NCBI GenBank assembly: GCA_027355945.1
Contig: DAIEHA010000002.1
Span: 15,071 to 79,070, forward strand
DNA length: 64,000 nucleotides
From: Candidatus Parcubacteria bacterium
GTDB taxonomy: Bacteria; Patescibacteriota; Minisyncoccia; UBA6257; 2-01-FULL-56-20
Reading direction: 5' to 3'
The notes beneath the pieces were generated by a model. The model made no database searches. It was not told the origin of the DNA and worked only from the letters and a program-made list of their open reading frames with translations. This document shows positions 46,302 through 57,166 of the stretch, in pieces. The position numbers were made by a program, and so were the translations under genes. Within the stretch, counting starts at the first letter, position 1, and the number at the start of each line of letters is the position of its first letter.

Positions 46302-48455
46302 ATGCTGCAAGGAAAGGAATTTTCGACGGAGATTGCGGGAAAGAAACTTACGATCGAGGTGTCCTCCCTCGCCGAACAGGCGAATGCCGCGGTCATCGCG
46401 AGATACGGCGACACGGTGGTGCTTGCGACGGCCGTCATGGGGCGCAAGGACGTGGACCTCGATTATATGCCCCTCAAAGTGGATTATGAGGAGCGTTTCT
46501 ATGCTGCGGGGAAGATCATCGGAAGCCGATACGTACGCCGCGAGGGGCGCGCCTCAGAGGAGGCGATCCTTGCCGGCCGTCTCGTGGACCGCACGATCCG
46601 TCCTCTGTTCGACGGGCGCATGCGCCGCGACATCCAGGTCGTCGTGACTGTTTTACAGATCGATGAAGAGAACGATCCGGAGTTCGTGGGGCTTCTCGGC
46701 GTCTCGACCGCGCTCTTCATCTCGGACATCCCGTGGAATGGTCCGGTCGCAGGCCTGCGCGTGGCGCAGTTCCCCGCGGATGATACGAATCCGGCCCCTT
46801 ATTTCAGGATCAACCCCGACAATTCCTACGTGAAATCCCATGAGCCCATCTTCGATGCGTTCGTGTCCGGTTCGCGCGACAGGATCAATATGATCGAGCT
46901 CGGCGGTCTCGATGCCCAGGAGAAGGACATGGTCGCCGGCTTTACGCTCGCGCAGCAGGATATCAACACGTTGATCGCATTCCAGGAGGGGATCCGCAAG
47001 GAGATCGGCAAGCCGAAAACGGAGGTGGCATATGCGGAGCCGGATGCGGAACTGAAGGCCGCCATCCAATCCTATCTTTCCGAGGGCGACAAGCTTGAAA
47101 AGGCGGTCTATCAGCCTACGAAGATGGAGCACGCAAGCGCGATCGGAGCGCTTAAGACGGCGATGTTCATTCATCTGAGGGATACCTTCGAAGCGAACGG
47201 CAAACCGGTGAACTGGAAGGCCGCAGACATGATGTTCGAGGACGAGATCAACGATCTCGTGCACAAGAACGTCATTGAGCGCGATCTCCGCCCCGACGGC
47301 CGCAAACTCGATGAGGTGCGGCAGCTTACGACCGAGGCGGGCGTCCTTTCGAGGACGCACGGTTCAGGCGTCTTCGTGCGCGGCAATACGCAAGCGCTTG
47401 CGGTCGTGACCCTCGCCCCTCCGGGCGCGGAACAGATAATCGAAACGATGGAGACCGACGCCAAACGGCGTTTCATGCTCCATTATAACTTCCCGCCGTT
47501 TTCCGTGGGCGAGATAGGGAACTTCCGAGGTCCCGGCCGCCGCGAGATCGGGCACGGCAATCTTGCGCGCAAATCGCTCGAACGCCTCATTCCCACGAAA
47601 GAGGAGTTCCCGTACACGATCCGCGTGGTATCCGAGATCATGTCTTCGAATGGATCGTCCTCCCAGGCGACGGTCTGTGCGGCATCGCTCGCACTCATGG
47701 ATGCGGGCGTGCCCCTCAAGAAGCCGGCTGCTGGCATCGCGATGGGCCTTATGATGGCCTTCAATGCGGATGGCATCGCCGACGTCGGACACTATAAGGT
47801 ACTCACCGACATCCAGGGTCCGGAGGACCATCATGGCGATATGGACCTCAAGGTTGCCGGTACTGCGGACGGCGTGACGGGAATGCAGATGGATGTGAAG
47901 GTGGATGGTCTTACGATAGAGATCCTCGGCAAGGCGTTCGCCCAGGCCCGTGATGCACGCCTCCATATCCTCAATGCCATCGTTGCCACGCTTCCGAAAC
48001 ACCGCGATCGGCTTTCGCCGTTCGTGCCGACCATCCGCCAGTTCAAGATCGATCCTTTGAAGATCGGCATGGTGATCGGCCCCGGTGGTAAAATGATCAA
48101 CGGGCTCATCGCGAAGTACGAGCTCGCCGGCATCGATATCGAGGAGGACGGAGGAGTGTTCGTATCCGGCACCAAGCTCGAGAACGTCGAGGCTGCGGTC
48201 GCGGAGATCATGGGGATGACCCGCGAGTACAAAGTGGGCGAGATCGTGGAGGGCAACGTGGTGAAGATCCTCGAGTTCGGCGCCATCGTCGATATCGGCG
48301 GCGGCCGCGACGGCATGATCCACGTATCGGAGCTCAAACCCGGTTTCGTGAAGAAGGTTGAGGACGTGGTGAAGCTCGGCGATTTCGTCCGCGCAAAGAT
48401 CATCAAGGCGGAAGACGGCAAGATCGGTCTTTCACTCAAGCAGATGCAGGAATAG
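46302..48455 (+). CDS. pnp: Polyribonucleotide nucleotidyltransferase (PNPase)
   Basis: Two RNase PH-like domains, a KH domain, and a C-terminal S1 domain (GEIVEGNVVKILEFGAIVDIGGGRDGMIHVSEL). Start MLQGKEF chosen within ORF 46215..48455. Confidence 0.93.
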   Translation: MLQGKEFSTEIAGKKLTIEVSSLAEQANAAVIARYGDTVVLATAVMGRKDVDLDYMPLKVDYEERFYAAGKIIGSRYVRREGRASEEAILAGRLVDRTIRPLFDGRMRRDIQVVVTVLQIDEENDPEFVGLLGVSTALFISDIPWNGPVAGLRVAQFPADDTNPAPYFRINPDNSYVKSHEPIFDAFVSGSRDRINMIELGGLDAQEKDMVAGFTLAQQDINTLIAFQEGIRKEIGKPKTEVAYAEPDAELKAAIQSYLSEGDKLEKAVYQPTKMEHASAIGALKTAMFIHLRDTFEANGKPVNWKAADMMFEDEINDLVHKNVIERDLRPDGRKLDEVRQLTTEAGVLSRTHGSGVFVRGNTQALAVVTLAPPGAEQIIETMETDAKRRFMLHYNFPPFSVGEIGNFRGPGRREIGHGNLARKSLERLIPTKEEFPYTIRVVSEIMSSNGSSSQATVCAASLALMDAGVPLKKPAAGIAMGLMMAFNADGIADVGHYKVLTDIQGPEDHHGDMDLKVAGTADGVTGMQMDVKVDGLTIEILGKAFAQARDARLHILNAIVATLPKHRDRLSPFVPTIRQFKIDPLKIGMVIGPGGKMINGLIAKYELAGIDIEEDGGVFVSGTKLENVEAAVAEIMGMTREYKVGEIVEGNVVKILEFGAIVDIGGGRDGMIHVSELKPGFVKKVEDVVKLGDFVRAKIIKAEDGKIGLSLKQMQE

Positions 48456-48546
48456 CCCGGAAGAGCCGTGCAAGCATCCCTTTCGGGGATGCGTAAAAAG
48501 GACCCTCGTTATACAAGGGTCCTTTTTCTTATGAGATCAGATCGGG

Positions 48547-49875
48547 TTATTTCGAGATCAGGAACGATTTCAGGGAAAACCCTGCAGTGCTTGTGGCGAC
48601 AAGCGTCGGGGGAGCGTCCACCCCCTGGAGATACAGGGATGATGAACCCGTGCGTGTGATGATATGGCCGGCTTGGCTTGTGCCGGAGAATGGCACGGCA
48701 GTCGCTTCATATACGAGGTGATCCTTATCAAGCGCGCCGAGAAGCGTGAGAATCGCGATCGGCTGCTGCGGTGCGGGGAGAGGATAGTAATTCCTCTCTT
48801 CGGCGATGTCGTAGTAGCCCAGGGCGTATCCTGAGGGGCTTGTACCGCCGCCGGCGTTTACCGCATACGAGGAGGTGTAATAGAAGACCCCCTTGCCGTC
48901 ATTGCTGAACACCGCGCCTCCCACCGTGTCTGTCGCGGAGAAGGTCGCATCCCCCAGTATCTTTAGAGAGCCGAGGGAACCCGGGTTGTCGTAGACCGGA
49001 TTTCCCGCGCTTCCGATAAGCTGTCGCACGGTGAATCCTCCGTATTGGAGATAGGCATATTCCGTACCATCCGGGCTTACGCGGGAGCGCATCGGAGGCA
49101 CCGTGAGCCACGAGCTCCGTGCAGTCGTTCCATTCGCAAGATCGAGCTTCCATATCTGAGGAGACGTAGTTGTATCCGGTCCCTGTTCGGTCATGGGGAT
49201 GGTGACATAGGAGAGCGACGCGCCATCCCTTGAGAAGTAAGGATTGTTCGATTCCTCGCCGGTGTAGCATGCCGGCGTGGGAAGCGAATCGAATACGCTG
49301 CTGCTTCCGGTCTCCGCGTTCAACACCGTGAATTGGCCCTCATCGTCGCAGTAGGCGATGAGTTCCGATGCGGATGAGATCCCCACCGAAGCGTTCGGAT
49401 CGATGATGGGGGAGCGGGTTATGGAAACGTCATTCAGGATATCCTTCTGCGGATCGAAGAATTCCACCTCCGACGTCGAAGGGGTGCCGTCATAGAGCGT
49501 CGAGAGGATTATGGGCGTTCCCTCGGGCGTGTTCCATTGCCAAGGTTGTGTCGAGGTTGCGAAGGACGCGTTGAATGCTTTGAGCGTTTCCGATGTCCCA
49601 TTGTGTGTATCATATACCGCGAACTCGGCATCGTTATAAGGATCGCCGCCTATGAACCGGTCGTTCTCATATATGAATCCCACCGAAGGGGATGATGACG
49701 TTTCCGGACCTGCGGCAGTCGTGAAGGCAGTGGAGGAGGACGATGTCCCTGCAACTGCGGCCGTGCCAGGAGATGCGTGGTTGCTGCGTGCGGCAGAGAG
49801 CCATATTTCCGCCGCGACGGCCGCGATCGCAGCAATGATAAGAAGCGCGATCCACACATATTTCTTTCGTCCCAT
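48547..49875 (-). CDS. Secreted beta-rich (beta-propeller-like) protein, hypothetical
   Basis: Signal anchor MGRKKYVWIALLIIAAIAAVAA, an S/T tract, and repeated YxD/G-rich beta segments. Confidence 0.5.
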   Translation of the reverse strand: MGRKKYVWIALLIIAAIAAVAAEIWLSAARSNHASPGTAAVAGTSSSSTAFTTAAGPETSSSPSVGFIYENDRFIGGDPYNDAEFAVYDTHNGTSETLKAFNASFATSTQPWQWNTPEGTPIILSTLYDGTPSTSEVEFFDPQKDILNDVSITRSPIIDPNASVGISSASELIAYCDDEGQFTVLNAETGSSSVFDSLPTPACYTGEESNNPYFSRDGASLSYVTIPMTEQGPDTTTSPQIWKLDLANGTTARSSWLTVPPMRSRVSPDGTEYAYLQYGGFTVRQLIGSAGNPVYDNPGSLGSLKILGDATFSATDTVGGAVFSNDGKGVFYYTSSYAVNAGGGTSPSGYALGYYDIAEERNYYPLPAPQQPIAILTLLGALDKDHLVYEATAVPFSGTSQAGHIITRTGSSSLYLQGVDAPPTLVATSTAGFSLKSFLISK

Positions 49876-49927
49876 CTTCCCATTATAGCAGAATCACCCC
49901 AGTATCATTCTATGGTAAAATTGCGAT

Positions 49928-50374
49928 ATGGATACGCAAAATGATATTCCCGGGGTCCCTCCGCCGCCCGCGGAAGTGAAGGTGAGAACCATGCGCTCCG
50001 ATATCGAATCGATGACGAAAAGCGGAGGCGGACTCCCTCAATTCCAGAATGTCACAGTGCGAGGCCTTGCCATCGAGCGGGAGATATCGACGGCAGCGGC
50101 CCCGGAAAGCGTGGCGGAGATGGTGCATGCCCAGGCAGGAAGGGGGCCGGCTGCCGTTGCCGCCGCGGCCGCGGCCGAATCCCCATCTTCTGCGGAGGAC
50201 GTTCCCGGAGGGTCCCACAAGATGGCAGGCATCGTTCTTGTTGTGATCGTCGCGCTTGTCGCGGTGCTTGCGGTATCATATTTCGCATACAAAGAGCTTT
50301 GGAGTTCGAGTGCGGGGTCTTCTGCCCCCGCTGCACCCGCCGTTCCTGCCGCAGGGCAGTCCGCCGCAGGATGA
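49928..50374 (+). CDS. Hypothetical membrane-anchored Ala/Pro-rich protein
   Basis: 148 aa with one TM (IVLVVIVALVAVLAV). Weak. Confidence 0.3.
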   Translation: MDTQNDIPGVPPPPAEVKVRTMRSDIESMTKSGGGLPQFQNVTVRGLAIEREISTAAAPESVAEMVHAQAGRGPAAVAAAAAAESPSSAEDVPGGSHKMAGIVLVVIVALVAVLAVSYFAYKELWSSSAGSSAPAAPAVPAAGQSAAG

Positions 50375-50447
50375 TATTCCGGGACTGAAAACGCCGCGGA
50401 TGGCCGCGGCGTTTTTTAATATCCTGCGTTCCTTTCTCCCCGGAGCA

Positions 50448-51533
50448 TCATTCCTCCGTTTCCCCATCGGACCCTTTCGCGTCCGAATTCTCCCCGGAGC
50501 TCGCAACTTTCTCTTTGATCGCATCGAGAACCTTCTTGTCCTCTTTGAGCTTTGCGCGTGCCGCTTCGAACCCCACCCCGAGCCGCTCGCCTTCGAAACT
50601 AAGGCTCGACCCTGATTTTTTCACCACGCCTTTCGCGACGGCAGCGTTCAGCACATCGCCCTCATAGGATATCCCCTCATTGAAAAGGATATCGAATTCC
50701 GCGAATCTGAATGGAGGCGCCACTTTGTTCTTCACGACTTTCGCTTTCACGCGGTTGCCGACCACATTCTCCCCCCTCTTCACCTGGGCGATGCGGCGGA
50801 TATCGATGCGAACCGATGCCGCGAAGGGGAGCGCGCGGCCGCCCGGCGTCGTCTCCGGATTGCCGAACATCACGCCTATCTTCATGCGGATCTGATTTAT
50901 GAAAATGATCATCGTCTGCGTGTTCGCAGCGAGCGCGGTCAGCTTGCGGAGCGCCTGTCCCATCATGCGGGCCTGGCGGCCGACATGCTGCTCTCCGATC
51001 TCCCCTTCAAGCTCCGCTTGCGGGGTGAGCGCTGCCACGGAATCCACGACGACGACCGATATCATCCCTGAACGGACGAGGCTTTCAAGGATGTTGAGCG
51101 CTTCTTCGCCGCTATCCGGCTGCGAGATGAGGAGCTCGTTGACGTTCACGCCGAGCTTCTTCGCATATTCGGGGTCCATGGCGTGCTCCGCATCGATGAA
51201 TGCGCACTTGCCTCCCTTCTTCTGCGCCTGGGCGACGACGTTCAGCGCGAGCGTGGTTTTTCCGCTCGATTCCGGACCGAAGATCTCGACGATCCTTCCG
51301 CGAGGAAGACCTCCCACGCCGAGTGCGAGATCGAGGGAGAATGATCCCGTTGAGACCACGGCGACGTCCACCTTGCTCACTTCGCCGAGCCGCATGATGG
51401 CCCCTTCGCCGAATTTTTCCTGGAGCGATGAAAGAAGGTTCTCGAAGTCCTTTTGAGATCCTGCGGAGCTTTGTTTCGGTTCCGCGTGTTTCATCCTCGG
51501 CGGTGCCGCCTTCGCTTTTTTGTATGGTGTCAT
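50448..51533 (-). CDS. recA: Recombinase RecA
   Basis: [10 protein letters not shown], Walker [16 protein letters not shown], and L2 loop region. Acidic C-terminal tail. Confidence 0.95.
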   Translation of the reverse strand: MTPYKKAKAAPPRMKHAEPKQSSAGSQKDFENLLSSLQEKFGEGAIMRLGEVSKVDVAVVSTGSFSLDLALGVGGLPRGRIVEIFGPESSGKTTLALNVVAQAQKKGGKCAFIDAEHAMDPEYAKKLGVNVNELLISQPDSGEEALNILESLVRSGMISVVVVDSVAALTPQAELEGEIGEQHVGRQARMMGQALRKLTALAANTQTMIIFINQIRMKIGVMFGNPETTPGGRALPFAASVRIDIRRIAQVKRGENVVGNRVKAKVVKNKVAPPFRFAEFDILFNEGISYEGDVLNAAVAKGVVKKSGSSLSFEGERLGVGFEAARAKLKEDKKVLDAIKEKVASSGENSDAKGSDGETEE

Positions 51534-51587
51534 GGGTTCATTATAACAGAACCCGGATAAAGAAACCCCTAAGAAAATAGGGCCGCA

Positions 51588-52361
51588 TCAGGGATGCACG
51601 GGGCTTGATGAGGGGGCGATGCCCGTCTGAGGGCCGCCAGCGTTCGCGGGGGTGCCTGACGCAGTGGACGACGCGGAAAGGGAGGTCGTGCTGCCGAATG
51701 CGGGGGTCCCGGAGGCGGAGCCCGTCGTTTCATAGAAGACGTTTTCCGTGATGACGGCGGTGCCGCCAAGGAATTTCTTGGCCGATATTTTGAACGGATT
51801 GGGACCTGCGCCGAGGAGCACCGTCTCCTGCCATGAACCATCGGGGGCTACGGGTATCTCCTGGGTGTCGTTCAGATAGAGCGTATCGGCATTGGTCACC
51901 GTGCCCGAGAACGTGATCGTGTTCGAGGCTGTCGTATAAGGGTTGCCCGTAGGGAAGGTCACGGTGATGACCGGGGTTCCCAGGATGCGATGCGCCTGGA
52001 AGGCGAAGTAGATCGCGAGGATCACCACGACGACGATCGCCCAGATGTATTTCGGCGGAGTTTGCTTGATGAAGCGGTTGCGGGGAAGTATGTCCCCGGG
52101 ACCGGAATAGTTCTTGACCGCACCGTCCCTTCGGAGGCGCTTCCACCATTCCTCGCCGTCAAAGCCGAGCTCGTCGCCGAGGCGCAAAAGGTAGCCCCTC
52201 AAATAAGGTGCAGAGGGGAGCGCTTCGAAATCCCCCCGCAGGAGGCTTTCGATGTGCATAGGCGCGATCCCCGTCACATCGGCGAGTTTTTTGAGCGAAA
52301 CACCTCTTTCCTTTATCCGTTCGGAGAAGAATTGCTCGAATGAGGAAGTCTCCGTTTCCAT
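51588..52361 (-). CDS. RodZ-like cytoskeleton protein (N-terminal HTH, TM, extracytoplasmic domain)
   Basis: HTH segment LKKLADVTGIAPMHIESLLRGD, then TM IWAIVVVVILAIYFAF, then a T/S-rich C-terminus. Confidence 0.6.
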   Translation of the reverse strand: METETSSFEQFFSERIKERGVSLKKLADVTGIAPMHIESLLRGDFEALPSAPYLRGYLLRLGDELGFDGEEWWKRLRRDGAVKNYSGPGDILPRNRFIKQTPPKYIWAIVVVVILAIYFAFQAHRILGTPVITVTFPTGNPYTTASNTITFSGTVTNADTLYLNDTQEIPVAPDGSWQETVLLGAGPNPFKISAKKFLGGTAVITENVFYETTGSASGTPAFGSTTSLSASSTASGTPANAGGPQTGIAPSSSPVHP

Positions 52362-52405
52362 GCCCTCATTCTAGGCTTTGACGGGGAAATAGTCCACCGC
52401 GGGGC

Positions 52406-54652
52406 CTATGAAAGCCTCTCTTCTATCTTTTCCACATCCACGTCGCGCGGCTTGGCGCCTTCGCCGGGGCCTATGTAACCGGCGGATTCCATGAGATCGA
52501 GCAGTCGCGCCGCGCGTGCGTATCCCACTTTCAAGCGGCGCTGGAGGAGCGATGCGGACGCCTTCTTCGCCTCCGCGACCGTCGCGAGCGCCTCGTCGAA
52601 GAGATCATCCTCCGCCTCATCGCCTTCCGCGCCGCCGCCGCCGTTCAGGAATGCGTCGAGGCCTTGCGGCACGATGGGCCCTGCTTTATCGATGTTCTCT
52701 TGTTCCGCATCCACCTCGGGCTTCCCGTTGCCTTCGGACGATCCATCCATCTGCGGGGTGTTATGCTCTTTGATGAAACTCACGACGGACTTGAGCTCTT
52801 CCTCAGTGATATAGGAACCCTGGATGCGTTTGGGTTTTGAAAGGTCTGCGGAAAGGAAGAGGAGATCGCCGTGTCCGAGAAGTTTCTCCGCGCCGGCGGT
52901 ATCGAGGATGGTCCTCGAATCGATCTGCGATGCGACCTGCAGCGCCACGCGCGAAGGGATGTTCGCTTTGATGAGGCCCGTGATGACCTCTACCGACGGC
53001 CGCTGGGTTGCGAGGAGGAGATGGATCCCTGTCGCGCGCGCCATCTGGGCGAGACGTACGATGGCGCCTTCGACGTCGCGTCCGAAGGAGCTCATGAGAT
53101 CGGCCATCTCGTCGATGCCGATAAGCACGTAGGGGAGCGCCTCCGGACCCTTATGATTCGCATTGTAGCTCTTGATGTCGCGGCTCCCGGCGCGCTGGAG
53201 AAGCTCGTAGCGGCGTTCCATCTCGCTGATCGCCCAGCGGAGCACGCCAAGCGCCTTTTTGTTCTCAGTGATGACCGGCGTGATGAGATGGGGGATCCCG
53301 TCGTACATGGAGAGTTCCACGCGTTTGGGGTCGATGAGCGCGAGCCGGAGCGTCTGCGGCGAGTTCTTATAAAGGAGCGAGGTGATGAGGCCGTGCACGA
53401 GGATGGATTTCCCTGAACCCGTCGCGCCCGCGACGAGCATGTGCGGCATCTTCTCGATGTTCGCGAAGATCGGCTCTCCCGAAACGTCGCGTCCGAGTGC
53501 GAAGCTCAGAGGGCCGGACGACTGGAACTCGGGATAATTCATGAGCGAGCCGAGGCGTACGAGCGCGGCAGCCTTGTTCGGGACCTCGATGCCCACGAGC
53601 GATTTTCCAGGGATCGGCGCTTCGATACGCACCGGATGCGCCGCGAGTGCGAGCGCAAGATCGGGGTTGAGTGCTGTGATGCGCGAGAGCTTCACGCCTT
53701 CCGCGGGTTTCAGTGTATAGCGAGTGACGGCGGGTCCCACGTTGATCTCCCCCATTTCCACGGCGATACCGAATGATTCGAGGGTCCTCTTTATTATGTT
53801 CGCATTCGCGAGAAGGTCGCCCGTGGTCGGTTTGCTGCTGTCCGATTTAAGGAGCGAGAGCGGAGGAGGGACATAGTTCGCAAAAACGGGCGCCTTTCCC
53901 GGCTTTTGGGCCTTCCCTCCGAGCTCATTCCCATCTTTCGCATGTATGACCGGGATCTCATCCTTTCCTGCCGGCGCAGCCTTTTTCTCTTTGTCGCCGT
54001 TCTTTTCCTTCTTCGCATCCGCAGACACCTCCTTCCCGGAGGGTTCCTCTTCATTCTCGCCGGTCACGATGAGCGCCTCCTCCTCTCCGTCCTCATCCTC
54101 ATCGATGTCCGCATCCTTTTCGGGCCATTTTATCTTGAGGGGGATGTTCGCAGTGACGAGGACCGAGATCACAAGTATGAAAATATCGATGATGAGCGCC
54201 GCGATCACGCCGAAGGGTATCCGGAGGGATCCCAATATGAGCCCGAGCCATCCTCCGTTCCCCGGCGAGATCACTTCGATGACGCCCAGGAATGAAAGGA
54301 TGAGGAGGCCCGCACCGAAGGTCGTGATGCCGATTATCTTTTTTCGCCCCGCGACGAGGAGCACGATCCCGTTGAAGACGAGCGCTCCGGGAAGGATGAA
54401 ATAACCCCAGCCGAGCAGCGCATCGAGGCCATTATAGATAGCGGCCCCCGCCGGACCCGCTTTCGCGAATCCTGCAAGCGTGAGCACGATCGCGATGCCG
54501 AAGAATGCGATCGCCCAGATGGAGTTCGCGGTCTCCGGATGGAGGAGCTGTTCCCGGTCCTCTTTGATGCTTCGCGGTGCGGGATCCGCCCCTTTCCCAT
54601 TCTTCCGATTCTTTCCGTTCCTGCCGTTCTTGCTCCGTGTGCGTGGTGCCAT
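52406..54652 (-). CDS. ftsK: DNA translocase FtsK/SpoIIIE
   Basis: N-terminal TM helices, a charged linker, a motor domain with VAGATGSGKS Walker A, and a C-terminal gamma-domain-like wHTH. Confidence 0.9.
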   Translation of the reverse strand: MAPRTRSKNGRNGKNRKNGKGADPAPRSIKEDREQLLHPETANSIWAIAFFGIAIVLTLAGFAKAGPAGAAIYNGLDALLGWGYFILPGALVFNGIVLLVAGRKKIIGITTFGAGLLILSFLGVIEVISPGNGGWLGLILGSLRIPFGVIAALIIDIFILVISVLVTANIPLKIKWPEKDADIDEDEDGEEEALIVTGENEEEPSGKEVSADAKKEKNGDKEKKAAPAGKDEIPVIHAKDGNELGGKAQKPGKAPVFANYVPPPLSLLKSDSSKPTTGDLLANANIIKRTLESFGIAVEMGEINVGPAVTRYTLKPAEGVKLSRITALNPDLALALAAHPVRIEAPIPGKSLVGIEVPNKAAALVRLGSLMNYPEFQSSGPLSFALGRDVSGEPIFANIEKMPHMLVAGATGSGKSILVHGLITSLLYKNSPQTLRLALIDPKRVELSMYDGIPHLITPVITENKKALGVLRWAISEMERRYELLQRAGSRDIKSYNANHKGPEALPYVLIGIDEMADLMSSFGRDVEGAIVRLAQMARATGIHLLLATQRPSVEVITGLIKANIPSRVALQVASQIDSRTILDTAGAEKLLGHGDLLFLSADLSKPKRIQGSYITEEELKSVVSFIKEHNTPQMDGSSEGNGKPEVDAEQENIDKAGPIVPQGLDAFLNGGGGAEGDEAEDDLFDEALATVAEAKKASASLLQRRLKVGYARAARLLDLMESAGYIGPGEGAKPRDVDVEKIEERLS

Positions 54653-54725
54653 GACGAAATTATTTTAGCACCAATCGCGCAATCGTGCATGAGTTCCGGG
54701 AATGGCCCCGGCTCCCTTTCCGGCA

Positions 54726-56555
54726 CTATCCCACGGTGAACGGCGTGTCTGCGAGGATGCGTTCGAAGAGCTCCGCTCCGGCGCGTTCGATGGCCTCCGC
54801 CTCGCGGTCCACCTCCTCCTTCGTCCGTTCCCCGATCGTTCCGCGGACCGCGGTATAGTATTTCATTTTCGGTTCCGTTCCCGAGGGGCGGATATGGAGC
54901 GCCGTCCGTTCGTCCGCGGAAAAGAAGAACGAGAGCATATCCCCGCGATCCCATTCCCTTGATTCGAGGACCGCGCCGGTCGCGCCGTCCCTCACCTCTC
55001 CTGTGAGGCGGTCCATCACTTTGAGCACGGGTATGCCTCCGATCTCCTTCGGGAGCGCGCCGCGGAGCTTTTTCATGGCGAGGTTCATCCTATCGAATGC
55101 GCCGAGTCCTTCGATCTCCCTGCCGTAGAGCCGCTGGGCATAGTATCCGTAGTGCGCGTATACCGATTCCAGGAGGTCCATGACCGTCATGCCTTTCGTC
55201 CTGCACCATGCCGCCATCTCCGCCGCGATGACCGCGGGCGTCTCGGCACCCTTGTCCCGATAGGCGGTGCCGAAGAGATAGCCGCAGCTTTCCTCGCAGC
55301 CCGCGATGAACTGCCGTTCCGGAGGGAGATGCTCGAGACGGTCCCCGATGAACTTGAATCCCACAAGAAGATCGCCGATCACTTCGGCATGGAAACGATC
55401 GGCGATATCCCGCACGAGGTCGGTCGTCACCGAGGTCTTTATGATCACCGGATGGGAGGGCATCGTGCCGGCCTCAGCCCGTCCTTCCATCGCGAAATGC
55501 ACGAGGAGCGCCGCAGTCTGGTTGCCGGTGAGCACGTGCCATTCGCCCTGCATGTCCGGCGCCGCAACGCCAAGCCGGTCCGCATCCGGGTCTGAGACGA
55601 TCGCGATATCCGCCTTCCGTTCCTTTGCGAGCGCGATCACTTGTGCATACACCGCGGGAAACTCCGGATTCGGGAAGTGTCCTTTCACGGTGGGGAACCG
55701 GCCGTCGAGCGTCATCTGTTCTTCCACGACGGCAATATCCTCGAAGCCCGCGCCTTTGAGTGCGGGAAGCACCGATTGCGATCCCACGCCATGGAGCGGC
55801 GAATATGCGATGCGGACGTCCCGCAGCGGGCGCAGGGATACCGCTTTCGCCGCTTCGATGAACGCATCATCCGTCTCCTTTTCGATCGTGCGCACAAGTC
55901 CTTGGGCGACGGCATCCTCGAACGCCATCTTCTTTATGGTCGATGCGCTTGCATTGAACTCCTTTTCAATGAGAAGGCCTTCATCGGGGAGCACTTGGAC
56001 GCCATGTTCGTCATATACTTTATAGCCGTTGAATTGCGGCGGATTATGGCTTGCGGTGATCACGATGCCCCCTCCGAGGGAACGATGACGAACGGTGAAG
56101 GAAAGCTCCGGCGTTGCGCGGTAGTACGGGAACACATACGCGGGGATGCCGTTCGCGGCGAGCACCCGGGCGGTTTCTTTCATGAATCCCTCCGAATTAA
56201 GCCTGCTGTCGTATGCGATGGCGATCCCTTTGCGGGCGGCCTCGCGCTTATATTCAAGGAGATATTGTGCATAGGCCTGGGATGCCCACCGGATCGTGTG
56301 ATTGTTGATGCGGTTCGTGCCGATATCCATGACGCCGCGAATGCCCCCTGTGCCGAAGAGCACCGTCCGGTAGAACGCATCCATCAGGAACTCCCATGCA
56401 CCCTCCGCGACCCTCCTCTCGATCTCCGGAACGAACTCCTCGAACTCCTCCTCTGCAAGCCATCTCCCGATCTCGTCGTAGGCCCTGCGGTCCAGCTCTT
56501 TGCGTGCAAGCGCCTCCTTCAGCCCCGTTTCCGTTGATGCATTCATATCGTCCAT
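54726..56555 (-). CDS. Phosphoglucomutase/phosphomannomutase family protein
   Basis: Active-site TASHNPPQFNGYK and Mg-binding loop DPDADR. Confidence 0.88.
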   Translation of the reverse strand: MDDMNASTETGLKEALARKELDRRAYDEIGRWLAEEEFEEFVPEIERRVAEGAWEFLMDAFYRTVLFGTGGIRGVMDIGTNRINNHTIRWASQAYAQYLLEYKREAARKGIAIAYDSRLNSEGFMKETARVLAANGIPAYVFPYYRATPELSFTVRHRSLGGGIVITASHNPPQFNGYKVYDEHGVQVLPDEGLLIEKEFNASASTIKKMAFEDAVAQGLVRTIEKETDDAFIEAAKAVSLRPLRDVRIAYSPLHGVGSQSVLPALKGAGFEDIAVVEEQMTLDGRFPTVKGHFPNPEFPAVYAQVIALAKERKADIAIVSDPDADRLGVAAPDMQGEWHVLTGNQTAALLVHFAMEGRAEAGTMPSHPVIIKTSVTTDLVRDIADRFHAEVIGDLLVGFKFIGDRLEHLPPERQFIAGCEESCGYLFGTAYRDKGAETPAVIAAEMAAWCRTKGMTVMDLLESVYAHYGYYAQRLYGREIEGLGAFDRMNLAMKKLRGALPKEIGGIPVLKVMDRLTGEVRDGATGAVLESREWDRGDMLSFFFSADERTALHIRPSGTEPKMKYYTAVRGTIGERTKEEVDREAEAIERAGAELFERILADTPFTVG

Positions 56556-56669
56556 TATACCACCCGCATATCGCCCGTCCGCAGTGTGTTTCGCGCGGGC
56601 GGCGCCGGCGCCGGCATGCGCAGCCCGGATTCATTGACACCCTTCGGACAAACACCTATATTCCAGGTG

Positions 56670-57149
56670 ATGACGGAATTCCTCAATGGTTCGAATGGCA
56701 TCCCGCTTACCGTTGACCAGGTGGTCGCGGAGATCGGTGCGTTCATGAGGGCGGCGCCGGAGCGGCGTTATAAAGTGACCCTCGGCACCGACTCCGAACT
56801 TCTCGCCGACAAAGATGCCGATTTCGTCACCGCGATCGTCGTACACCGCGTGGGCAACGGCGGACGCTATTATTGGCGGCGTTTCGAGCTCGGTAAATTC
56901 CACACGCTCCGCGACCGCATGATCCGCGAGGCGCTCATCTCCCTCGAGCTTGCCCGCAAAGTCCTCCTCGAGCTCAAAAAGGAGTCCCTTCCGGATTTCG
57001 AGTTCGAGATCCATGCGGATATCGGCGAACAAGGTCCGACACGGGCCGTGATCCAGGAGATCGTCGGAATGATCCGTGCGAACAATTTCGAGGTCCGCAT
57101 CAAACCCTTCAGCTATGCGGCGACGAACGTCGCCGACAGGCACGTATAG
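56670..57149 (+). CDS. Hypothetical protein (possibly YkuK/DUF458-like RNase H-fold)
   Basis: Start MTEFLNG chosen within ORF 56586..57149. Weak family resemblance only. Confidence 0.35.
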   Translation: MTEFLNGSNGIPLTVDQVVAEIGAFMRAAPERRYKVTLGTDSELLADKDADFVTAIVVHRVGNGGRYYWRRFELGKFHTLRDRMIREALISLELARKVLLELKKESLPDFEFEIHADIGEQGPTRAVIQEIVGMIRANNFEVRIKPFSYAATNVADRHV

Positions 57150-57166
57150 ACCCCTCATCCCATCCC